Assembly: GCF_006345805.1 (NCBI RefSeq)
Contig: NC_043005.1
Coordinates: 74,648,001 to 74,712,000, forward strand
Source: Octopus sinensis
Taxonomy: Eukaryota
Direction: 5' to 3'
DNA length: 64,000 nt
Shown piece after piece: positions 53,571 through 64,000 of the stretch. A model generated the notes under the pieces. The model saw only the letters and a program-made list of their open reading frames with translations. It had not been told where the DNA came from and searched no databases. Position 1 is the first letter of the stretch. Each line of letters opens with the position of its first letter. The translations under genes and the position numbers were made by a program.

Positions 53571-55260
53571 ATGGCTATGAAGCGAACAGTTGGCTGTTCC
53601 TTCCTTCCAAATACATTCCCTCCGCAAACACACACAACTCGTCTAAAACACCCACTTCACGCCTTAAAAGGCAACAAAGATCCTCCTTCCGAACCGGAGA
53701 GCACGCGCTCCGTTCAAAAGGAGAATACAAGCCAGGACATCGCGTTCGACGTAATTCCCGATTTTCCCCCTCTGCCTTCACCCAATGCTTTGGTACGGAA
53801 GGAGGAGGAAGGAAAAACAATTACCAAAATTATTACAAACATGAACACAGAGAAAAATGAAAAAACTTCCAACGATTTTGCTTCTGCTGCGAAGCAAATT
53901 TCGGACGAAGTTAAGATCACTTTAGAAGACATAAAAAAAGCGAAGGAATTATTGAGGAAGGATGGCAACAGCATCTTCCTCAATACTCCACAAGATGTAA
54001 TTGACAACACCAACAGGAAAACAATTACATACAGAGTTTTCGATGGAAAACTGAAAAAAATGACAAACGCCACACCCCAACAGTTAGAGATAGCTCTAAA
54101 GCCCATTTGGGCCCAAAAGAGCTACGTAACCAAGGGGAAGCGTTTCGGAACCGTGGAGGTTCACTTCCCAACAGAGGAGCAAGCAAGGGCGAACACCATT
54201 TCGCCCTTGCAAACTGAGAGTTTGTTACTCGTCCCAACCCACCTCGGGCGAAGAATGACAAAAATAAAGATTGACCTTGCCCCCTCTGAACTAGATATGT
54301 CATGGCTGGTGGCAGCTGTCCTCTATGATATAGAGGACACTACCACCATTGTGGATGTCAGGAGAGTGAGGGAGAAAAACTGGTTGGGGATGGGAGTGCT
54401 GCTTCTTGCTCAAATTCAGCAAGAAAATATCAGCAAGGTCCCAGATTTCATGAGTTTGCTGGACGGCACCAGGCTAAACGTTGCTGTAGAGTGGCGAAAG
54501 CCAAAATGTTTCCTCTGCAGCAGCGAAAGCCACTTAAAGAGGGACTACCCCATTCAAAAAAAGAGAATGGAGGCTTACAGCAAGAGGCAGCAACAACAAC
54601 AACAGAAACAACACGAAACACCAAAAGCTGCCACACCACCAACACCATCACCAGCACCAAGACGAACAACACCACCAACAACAACAACCACCAAACCAAC
54701 ACCGACACCAGTACCTCGAAGGTCGACAGCAGCAACATCAACAGCAACAGGAGCAGCGGCACCACCGATACCGGCGAAACCAACAACCTTTCGTCCTGCT
54801 GCTGAAGCAGACCGCTCAACCATTCCTTTGCCGGATGAAGAGTACTCGGATTGTGCGAGCTCTGATTCCAACAAAGGAGAATGGAGCACAGTGCCTCCAA
54901 AAAAGAAAAGGAGGAAAAAACAAAAAGATATACAGGGGAAGCACGAACAAATAGTGCTTCCAAACATCAACAACAACATCAACGACAACACACATTCACA
55001 ACAACAAACAACAACACTTTCGACACCACTACTGCCATTGCCACTGCCACAGACACAAACCCACACAGACACAATTACAGCAATAAATACAAAAAAACCA
55101 AGAACTGGTTGAGTATTTGAAAGACAAAACAAGCACAAATATAACGGATTTCGTTATACCAACACAAAACACACCACCAGCACACATTCTCACAATAAAA
55201 ATAAACAAAACAACATATAATGAAATCAAACAAAATTTCCCCCACCACCAACAACAGTAA
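53571..55260 (+). pseudogene. ORF1 (gag-like RNA-binding protein: RRM-like region, zinc knuckle, Q/T/P-rich IDR, basic NLS)
   Basis: 513-aa open frame to 55112 with knuckle CFLCSSESHLKRDY (last Cys lost) and PPKKKRRKK. A +1 slip in an A-run at ~55093 hides the conserved C-terminus LVEYLKDK...EIKQ, which ends at 55260. Confidence 0.85.
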
Positions 55261-55301
55261 GTAGAGCCTTTTTTCTCCTTTTTTTCCCTTACTTTTGAAA
55301 C

Positions 55302-58300
55302 ATGGCAAATCTTAGAATCGGTTGCTTGAATGTGAGAGGCCTCGGGTCACCTTGGAAACAGGGTCACCTGTTAAACGAGCTGAGGTTTCATGATGTGGAT
55401 GTAGCAGCCATCAGTGAAACCAGGCTCTCCGACCCGCAGGAACTCGCAGCCCTTTTCGGCGGATACGAGATATTTCTATCTCCGTGTCGGCCGGGAGCGG
55501 GCGGTGTTGTTTCGGAAGGGCCTGGACTTGAAAATAAGGACAGTCTTCTTGGATCCGGAAGGTAAGTTGGTGGTCCTCGACGTGGACGGTAGTGACGGCG
55601 GTGCTTTCAGACTGCTGGCTGCCTACGCTCCGACAAGAGCAGGGCAGTCGGATTATTTAAAACGTCTGGAAGTTTTCCTGGGAACGTCACGCACTCTAGT
55701 GCTAGTTGGGGATTGGAACGGTGCCTTAGACGAACGTTTCGATCGGGTGGGCAGGGGAGCGTCTGATAGGATAGGGGGAGGGTGCAAGATCCTCGCCAAC
55801 CTACTCGGCCGCTTTCAGCTGTCCGACAGGTTTCGACTAGACAACCCGAATGTGCCAATGTGGACTTGGACCAACCACATCGGGTCGTCTAGATCGTACT
55901 TAGATAGTGTTTTGTAGGCCAGCGGATAAGGACAGCGTAGGGTGTCCACAATTCCACCTAGTCGAATATACGGACCACAAATTAGTGATCTGTACGGTCG
56001 ACTTAGATAGGCTACATAGACAGAGACCCGGCTACTGGAAGCTGAACGCGTCGTTAACGACGTGCAAAGCTTACAGAGACCGGATTAGTTTACTAGTTAA
56101 GCGGGCGCTCACGGGGGCAATCATCAACAACAACTGGTGGTTTGCCCTCAAGAGAGCAATTAGAGTAGAGTCGATTAGGTATAGTAAGACTCTAGCTATT
56201 GAACGTAGGAAGAGAGAGCGGGATTTAGTTAAGAAACTAGACGAGGCTCTTGACACTGGCATCGCGACCGACGTATTGGTGGCAAGGTTGGCCCTCGACC
56301 AACACTTCGACGCCAAACACGAAGGCTGCGTTGTCAGAGCTAAGGCACGTTCGCTAAGCGGGGAGGGCACTAGAGCCGCTTGATGGGCCCGCGTGGCGGA
56401 GGCGAAGCGAGGCAACAAAGCAACCATTTGGTCTTTGGTGGACTAGAACGGGCGCGAGGTTACCGAACCGAAGCAGATGTGTACGGTGTTTCAGCGGCGC
56501 TTTGCTCAACTGTTTGAGACGAGCGGTGGAATGGACAACGGTGCAGACTTCGGTGTGTACCTGGACAGCCTACCGCAACTCTCGGACAGCAAGGCAGAGT
56601 GCTGCAAAGGACCAATATCTGCCTGGGAAGTGGAGGAAGCGATGAAGAGTTGCACGAGAGGTAGATCGCCGGGTTTGGATGGTCTGCCCTACAAGCTTTA
56701 CGTTTCAATGCCAGACTTGTTTGCGGGCCTGTTGGCAAACGTCTACTGCAACTGGCAGCAAAACGGGAGAATTCCTGCTTTTGTCTGTCGAGGGGTGGTG
56801 GCTTTGCTGAAGAAGGACCCAAACAAGGGGGACGTTATAGGGAATTTCCGGCCCATCACTCTGCTCAATGCAGAGTTGAAGATTTTGGCCAAGGTGCTAG
56901 CCAAGAGATTGGCGCTTGTCGTGGACAAGCTGGTCGGCGGGATGCAGACATGCGCCGTGCCGACCAGGTCGATACACGACAACCTCCATCTCATGCGCTA
57001 CATCATAGAGAAGGTGGGTAACGACGCTGGCGCGGGTGGGGCTTTGATCAACTTAGATCAGAGTAAAGCCTTTGATAGGGTCGACCATCGGTACCTGGCA
57101 GCTGTTCTCAAGGCAGCCGGCTTCGGTCCAGTGTTCCGCGGGTGGATAGCTGCTTTATACAGCAACATCTGCTCGGTGATACGGGTGAACGGTCACTTTT
57201 CGGAACCGTTCGACATCTCGCGTTCAGTCCGCCAAGGATGCCCTCTCTCCTCCCTCTTGTACATATTGACTCTCGAGCCATTACTGCGCAAGTTGGAGGC
57301 TTTGAGGGGTATCCCGCGCGATCTAGGAGACGGAAACAGCGTGTCTGCCTATGCCGACGACGTCACCGTGAGGGTGTCTAGCCACAGGCACATTGGCCTG
57401 ATTGGCGAGACACTAAACGAGTACGAAGCGGTGACAGGGGCAAAGATTAACGCGGAAAAGTCTGTGGGCTTGCAACTGGGCACCTGGAGAGGCAAACCCA
57501 TGCCGTCCAACAGCGTCGTAGGGCGCTGGACAGACGGACCCGTTAAACTGCTCGGGGTCTGGTTCAGTCCGGACCTCCAGGTGGATAAAAACTGGGAAGA
57601 GGTGACGAGCAGGGTGGCACGTCTCACCCAGAAATGGGCCGAGAGGAAGCTGTCCCTGAAAGGTCGAGCGGAGGTGGCGAATGCGTACATCGCATCCGTC
57701 ATCTATTACCGCTTGACCGTCGTCCCTTGTCCCGACTGCTGGTTGGCCAAGCTGTTACGCCTGCTCTTCGACTTTTTGTGGAAGGGTCAGGTGCCACTGG
57801 TCAGGCGATCCATCTGCTGTCAATGACCGCTGAACGGAGGCCTTGGAATGCCATGGTTGCTGATGCGCAGACATGCGCTCAGGCTGCGACATCTCAAGCG
57901 TTTCCTAGATGGTGAACAGGTGTGGTCGTCTTTTGTCAGACGCGATTTTCCGCAGCTAGTCTCTTTGACAGAGCTGCAGACCTGGATCAAACGTAGACCG
58001 AGAAAGGGCGCTTGACACCTCGAGTGCCGTCAAGCTCCTTCCACCAGGCGGGCAATGCGATCGGTTACAGCTCCACTCTAGTGTTCTATAGAGGGTTAGT
58101 GGAGGAAAAATGCGACGACGTTCTTGGGGAAACTCTAGGCGTTGACTTTAACGAACTGAGCGGTCTGTTCGGAAGGACTTTCGGGCCGGGGCCGATGGAT
58201 AATTTCCAGAGGTCGCTCGCCTGGCAGTGGTACCGAGGGGCTCTGCCTGTTCGAGATAAATTCTACCGGCACGGAAGTGCCGTTGGCCGGGCCTGCCCGA

Positions 58301-58710
58301 GGTGTTGCCAGGACGACGAAACCGTTCTGCATGCACTCATCCAGTGCCCAAGTATTGCTGAAATATGGGTTTATGTTGAACAACTACTGTCACATGTAGG
58401 ACAGATCCGACTATCGGCCGAATCCATAGTGAAGATTGCCCCGCCGACCTCCTTTAACAAGGAGGGCGAGGCCGTTTTCTTGTGCCTAGTGGCTGTGGCG
58501 AAAGAGGTGGTGTGGTGGACTCGTTTGAAAGGGCTAAAGTCAGACACTTTCCTCTTTGGTCAAGGCCTCATCAACTTTTTCAAGTTTCACTTGAAAAGGA
58601 AGATGAGGTTAGAGAGGAAAGTGCTGTCCGATAGCAAGTTTTATGAAAGGTGGGTAAATTGTGCGAGACTGGCCAGTATAAATGGACCAGTTCTCAGGTT
58701 TCGCCTGTGA
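55302..58710 (+). pseudogene. ORF2 apurinic-type endonuclease / reverse transcriptase / CCHC, disabled
   Basis: MANLRIGCLNVRGL, VLVGDWN, SYLDSV (APE). SPGLDG, NFRPITLLN, DQSKAFDRV, QGCPLS, AYADDV (RT). GGLG and CPRC..ETVLHALIQC (C-terminal). About three frameshifts and four in-frame stops (56381, 56444, 57824, 58013). Confidence 0.93.
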
Positions 58711-58998
58711 TTTCAAAAGGGTAATATAAAAGGAGAAAAAAGGGACTCTCTACACCCCTTTTTTGACCAGGCTCCCGTTGGCTTTTATAGGGTTTTTTCC
58801 ACCAGGAACCTTTCGTAACGCCTCTCCCTTTTGGGAGTTTTTCATTGTTAATGTTTTAAATGTTATAAAGTTTTTACTCGGATTTTTCAAAAACGGACAA
58901 AACCCTTTGTAACCTTTCGTCCTGTTTTGTCCCTTTATGTAATCATGTATGTTAGCCCTTGTGGCCAATAAAAAGAATAAATTATTATTATTATTATT

Positions 58999-61228
58999 CT
59001 TTCTTTCCGACACGACGGATGTATGTGAAGCAGCTCTGTGAGTTTTGTGCCAATTTTATTGAAAATTTTTCTAAAAGTTGTAATATTTTTTTATATTTGT
59101 GTGGCGAAGCCGATTAACTTCTTGCGAAGCTAGTTGGCTAGGCAAAATTTTACCCCTTTGGGGGTAAAATCACTGTTTAAAATATTGACATTTACATTTT
59201 ATTTCATTTGAACATTTCCAAAATGTCTTTAAAAAGAGCAGCTGGCTCTTCCCTTCTTTTAACACCACCCCCTCCACAAGAAGAAAAAATTTCGTTAGCG
59301 GTTCCGAACCGCCCATTTCACGCCGTAAAAGGCAAAGAAAATATTGCAATGGAACGTGCTGGAAAGCAAAACGTTCCAAATGAGAATAAAAGAGAAGACG
59401 TCACTTTCGACGTCATTTTAGATTTCCCTCCTCTGCCCTCAACCAATGCTATGGTACCGAAGGGGGAGGAAGGGAAAGATATGAATAACAGAGAGACAAG
59501 TAAAGAAGGGAGAAGTGAAGAAGTTTCCAAAGGTTTTGCTTCAGCTGCGAAGCAGATTTCGGATGAGGTAAAAGTTTGGGTAGAAGACATTAAAATGGCA
59601 AAGGAGTTGTTGAGAAAAGAGGGAAACAGTGTCTTCCTCAACACACCTCAACAACTCATACATGACACTAACAAAAAAAACAATTTTTTATAAAGTTTTC
59701 GATAAGAAAAATAAAAGACTGGTTAACGCCACACCCCAACAATTAGAAATGGCTCTGAAGCCTATATGGAGCAAAAAGAGCTATGTGACCAGAGGGAAGC
59801 GTTTCAGAACCGTGGAGGTTCGCTTCCCAACAGAGGAGCAAGCAAGGGCACATGCCATTTCGCCCTTGCAAAATGAAAATTTGTTCCTCGTTCCAATGTA
59901 CCTCGGGCGTAGGGTCCAGAAAATAAAAATTAACACAATACCACCCGAACTAAACATATCATGGCTAGTGGCGGCTATCCTCTATGACATAGAGGACACT
60001 GCCACTATTCTAAATGTTCGGAGGGTAAGAGAAAAGAACTGGTCAGGTATGGGTATTGAACTGCTGGTACAAATCCAGCAGGAAAACATTAATGCCATAC
60101 CTGACTCAGTCATTTTACTGGATGGAACCAGGCTAAAAGTTACTGTAGAGGGGCGAAAGCCAAAATGTTACCTCTGCAGTAGCGAAAGCCACCTAAAGAG
60201 GGACTGCCCCATTCAAAAAAAAAGAATGGAAGCAAACGGCAAGAGGCAGTAACAGCAACAACAACAACAACAGCACGAAACACCAAAGGCTGCCACACCA
60301 CCAACACCAGCACCAAGACGAACGACACCACCTCCAACAACAACCAGCAAACCAACACCAACCCCAGCACCAAGAAAAACAACTAAAAAACCAGTAGAAA
60401 CACCAACATCGTCAGCATCAACAACAGATACAGCAACACCACCGCTACCAAAAGAACCAACAGAAATCTTTCGTCCTGCTGCTGAAGCAGACCCATCAAC
60501 AATTCCTTTGCCGGATCACGATAGCTCGGATTGTGCGAGCACTGATACCGAAAAAGGAGAATGGCACACAATACCTCCAAAAAAGAAAAGGAGGAAAAAA
60601 CAAAAGGACATACAGGGGAAGCACGAACAAATAGTGCTTCCCAACATCAACAACAACAACACACACTCACAACAACAAACAACAACAACACTTTCGACAC
60701 CACTACTGCCACTGCCACACACACAGACACAATTACATCAATAAATACAAAGAACCAAAAACTAGTTGAGTACTTAAAAGACAAAACTAGTACAAGTATA
60801 ACAGATTTCGTTATACCAACACAAAACACACCACCAGCACACATTCTCACAATAAAAGTAAGCAAAACAACATATAATGAAATCAAACAAAAATTTCCCT
60901 AACAATGTGGGATCGCTAGGGAAAAGTTTCTCCAAGGTACTATAAAAGGAGAAAAGGGGCCCTCTACCCCCCTTTTTTGACTAGGCTCCCGTTGGCTTTT
61001 ATGGGTTTCTTCCACCAGGAACCTTTCGTAACGCCTCCCCCTTTTGGGAGTTTTTCGTTGTCATATTATTTGATTGTTATACAGTTTTTACTCGATTTTT
61101 TTCACAAACGGACAAAACCCTTTGTAACCTTTCGTCCTGTTTTGTCCCTTTATGTTTTCTAATCATGTGTGTCAGCCCTTGTGGCCAATAAAAAGAATTA
61201 ATTATTATTATTATTAATTATTATTATT
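58999..61228 (+). mobile_element. Tx1/L1-like array unit 3: 5' UTR + ORF1 pseudogene joined directly to 3' UTR (ORF2 absent)
   Basis: ORF1 59222-60902 with intact CYLCSSESHLKRDC knuckle but frameshifts and a nonsense codon. Junction to 3' UTR at ~60938 (TATAAAA). Confidence 0.9.
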
Positions 61229-63742
61229 GCTTTTGAAGCGGACAGACGTACTTCCTGAAGCTGCGTAAGTTGTTGACCATTTCTGCCTGAAATTTTGTAA
61301 ATATTTTTGGATATTTGTGTGGCCAAGCTGACTAACTTCTTGCAGAGCTAGTTGGTTAGACGAATTTTACCCCTATTAGGGGTAAAATTTTCGTTTGAAC
61401 TTTTAAATTTTTGCATACATTTCCATTTCATTTTACAAAAAATGTCGTTGAAGAGAGCAGTTAGCTGTTCCCTTCTTTAAACATCACACCCTCCACACAA
61501 ACAAGCAATTTCGAAAACGGCTCCAAACCGCCCATTTCATGCCTTAAAAAGCAAACAAGAAAATTCATAAGAACGTGCCGGCACGTGCAACGTTCCAAAT
61601 GAAAATGGTAACGAAGGCGTCACTTTTGAAGTCATCGAAGATTTCCCTGCTCTTCCCTCCACCATTGCTCCAGTACCAGAGAATGGGGGAAAGAAGACCA
61701 GCAACGACACCGACACCACCACCAGCAACGACACAAAAAGTGAAAGCCATCGTAACGGTTTCACCTCCGCTGCAAAACAGAGCTCGGAGGAAATAAACGT
61801 TACGATGGAAGAAATTAAAAGTGCAAAGAGTTTGTTGAGGAAAGAAGGAAACTGTTTTCCTCAACACACCACAACAACTAATTAATGAAACAAGCAGAAA
61901 AACAATAATATACAGAGTTTTCGAAAGAAAATATAAAAAGTTGAGCAATGCCACACCACAACAACTAGAGATAGCTCTAAAGCCCATATGGGGTCAAAAG
62001 AGCTATGTAACCAAGGGAAAACGGTTTGGAGCCATGGAGGTTCAATTCCCAATGGAGGAAGCGGCAAGGAAGCATGCCATTTCGCCCTTGCAGACAGAAA
62101 ATTTGTTGCTCATACCAACATACCTTGGTTAGCGAGTGACAAAAATTAAAATTGACCAGGTGCCACCCGAGCTAAGTATATCTTGGCTAGTGGAAGCTGT
62201 CTTCTATGACATAGAATACACTGCCATTATTCTAAAAGTGCACAGGTTGCGAGAGAGGAACTGGTCAGGTATGGGGGTGCAGCTGATGTACAAATTCAGC
62301 AAGAAAATATAAATGCCATACCTGACTCGGTAAATTTGCCGGACAGCACCAGAATACACGTTGCTGTAGAGGGGCGAAAACCAAAATGCTGCCTCTGCAG
62401 CAGCGAAAAACACCTAAAAAAAGATTGCCCCATTTATAAGCAAAGAATGGAGGCAGAAAAAAAGAAGCAACAGCAACAACAGCATGTGACACCAAGGGTT
62501 TCTGCACCACCACCACGAAGAGCGGCACCACCAAACTAACACCAAGAAAGAGCATGCAGAAAGAAACACCGGCATCGTCACCAACACCAACAATAATAAC
62601 CGCCGTTTATAACAGAATTAACAGCATTTCACCAAACTGTTGAAACAGACCCGACAAACGTCCCCTTTCCAGACCAAATCAGCTCAGATTGTGCGAGCAC
62701 TGATAGTGAGACAGTGCCACCAAAGAAAAAGAAAAGAAAAAACACAAAGAATCACATGACACACTGGGGAGGCGCAAACAAATAGAGCTTCCCAACATCA
62801 ACAACAAGCACTCACAACAACAATCAACAACACTTTCTCCACTACTGCTACACACATCAACACATGCACAGACACCGTTACAGCAATAAACACAAAAAAT
62901 GAACAACTTGTTACATACCTGGAAGAAAACAGACATGAAAATTACAGATTTTATTATACCAACACACAACACACCACCAGCATACATTCTCACAATAAAA
63001 ATTAATGAAAATAAATACATTATCAAAGAGAAATTCAGAAACGATGTTGGGTCGCTAGGGAGAAATTTCTCAAAAAAACTATACAAAACCTGGTGGAAAC
63101 ACCCGTGCAAAAGCACAAGGGAGCCACCCCACCAAACAACAACAACAATAGTAAGTAGAGCCTTTTTCTCCTTCTTAACCTTTTAAAACATGGCAAAACT
63201 CAGAATCAGTAGCATAAATGTGAGAGGCCTCGGGTAGCGAAAGAGGTGATATGGTGGACCCGTTTGAAAGGGCTTAAGTCAGACACTTTCCTCGTTGGCC
63301 AAGGACTCATCAACTTTTTCAAGTTCCACTTGTAAAAGAAGATGAGAGTAGAGAGGGAAGTGCTGTCTCGTAGCAAATTTATTGAAAAGTGGGTGAATGT
63401 CGGTAAAATGGCCAGTATGAACGGACCAATTCTGAGGTTACACCTGTGAAAAAAAAGGTAAATATAAAAGGAGAAAGGGGCTCTCTACCCACTTTTTGAC
63501 AAGGCTCCCGTGGTTTTTATGGGTTTTTCCATGAATAACCTTTCAAAGCACCTCCCCCTATTGGGAGTTTTACTTTGTTATATATATTTTCGTTGTTATC
63601 TTGATTTTTACACGGACCTTTCTGTTGGATAAAACCCTTTGTAATTTTCATCCTGTATTAGTCCTTACATGTTTTCTTTGATTTTTGTTAGCACTTCTGG
63701 CCAATAAACAAGAATTAATTATTATTATTATTGTTATTGTTG
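61229..63742 (+). mobile_element. Tx1/L1-like array unit 4: 5' UTR + ORF1 pseudogene + fused ORF2 termini + 3' UTR
   Basis: ORF2 start ATGGCAAAACTCAGA...GGCCTCGG at 63190 is joined at ~63235 to the last ~70 codons of ORF2. About 3.15 kb is missing relative to unit 2. Confidence 0.9.
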
Positions 63743-64000
63743 TTTTCAAAGCTGACAGACATGTCTCCAGAAGCTCCGTAAGTTGTTGGCCAATTTCATT
63801 GGAAAATTTGTTTCAAGTGTAAATATCTTTGTATATTTGTGTTGCCAAGCCAACTAGGTTATTGTGGAGCTAGTCGGTTAGGCAGAATTTTGCCCTTTTA
63901 GGGGCGAAATTTTCATTTGAATACTTCAAATTTTCAATTTAATATTTGTAAATTTTGTAAAAATGTCTTTGAAGAGAGCAGTAAGCTGTTCCCTTCTTTG
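63743..64000 (+). mobile_element. Tx1/L1-like array unit 5: 5' UTR and ORF1 start (runs off window)
   Basis: Same 5' UTR motifs and hairpins. ATGTCTTTGAAGAGAGCAG start at 63963 as in units 3 and 4. Confidence 0.85.

Larger units (their letters stand above)
53344..58998 (+). mobile_element. Tx1/L1-like array unit 2: full-length element (5' UTR, ORF1, ORF2, 3' UTR, (ATT)n tail)
   Basis: Two-ORF LINE architecture with AATAAA and an (ATT)n end. Confidence 0.92.

Noticed and set aside
63190-63260. Unit-4 ORF2 deletion as a splicing product
   Set aside because: The right breakpoint is not preceded by AG in unit 2 (GGCT-GTGGCG). A GT microhomology explains the join better.

Overview
AT-rich eukaryotic genomic DNA with a repeat content typical of an octopod cephalopod (inference from tRNA/CORE-type SINEs, RTE-tail repeats and MITEs). 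The left ~37.5 kb holds one minus-strand, multi-exon host gene. I reconstructed six phase-compatible coding exons (28673-27374, 20827-20718, 18292-18209, 15511-15400, 13537-13425, 12117-12028). They give a ~602-aa, largely disordered, S/T-P-rich protein I cannot name, with a probable non-coding first exon ending at 37386. Its introns are full of SINEs, RTE/CR1 fragments, mariner/Tc1 relics and TTAA (piggyBac-type) MITEs. An intronic 27-nt segment (14062-14090) is a perfect antisense match to the last 3' splice site. The region 37.5-49 kb is intergenic and contains a tandem SINE array and nested palindromes around Merlin-type (5'-GG TIR, 8-bp TSD) MITEs. The right ~15 kb is the most striking part: a strictly head-to-tail array of at least five diverged, 5'-intact Tx1/L1-like non-LTR retrotransposon units joined at (ATT)n tails. 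Only one unit keeps ORF2 (EN-RT, disabled). Three lost ORF2 through different deletions, and the last is cut by the window edge. All five share a twin-hairpin 5' UTR with covarying pairs. The LINE 3' end is shared with the window's most abundant SINE, and a Dong/R4-like fragment sits antisense in the leftmost (ATT)n tract.
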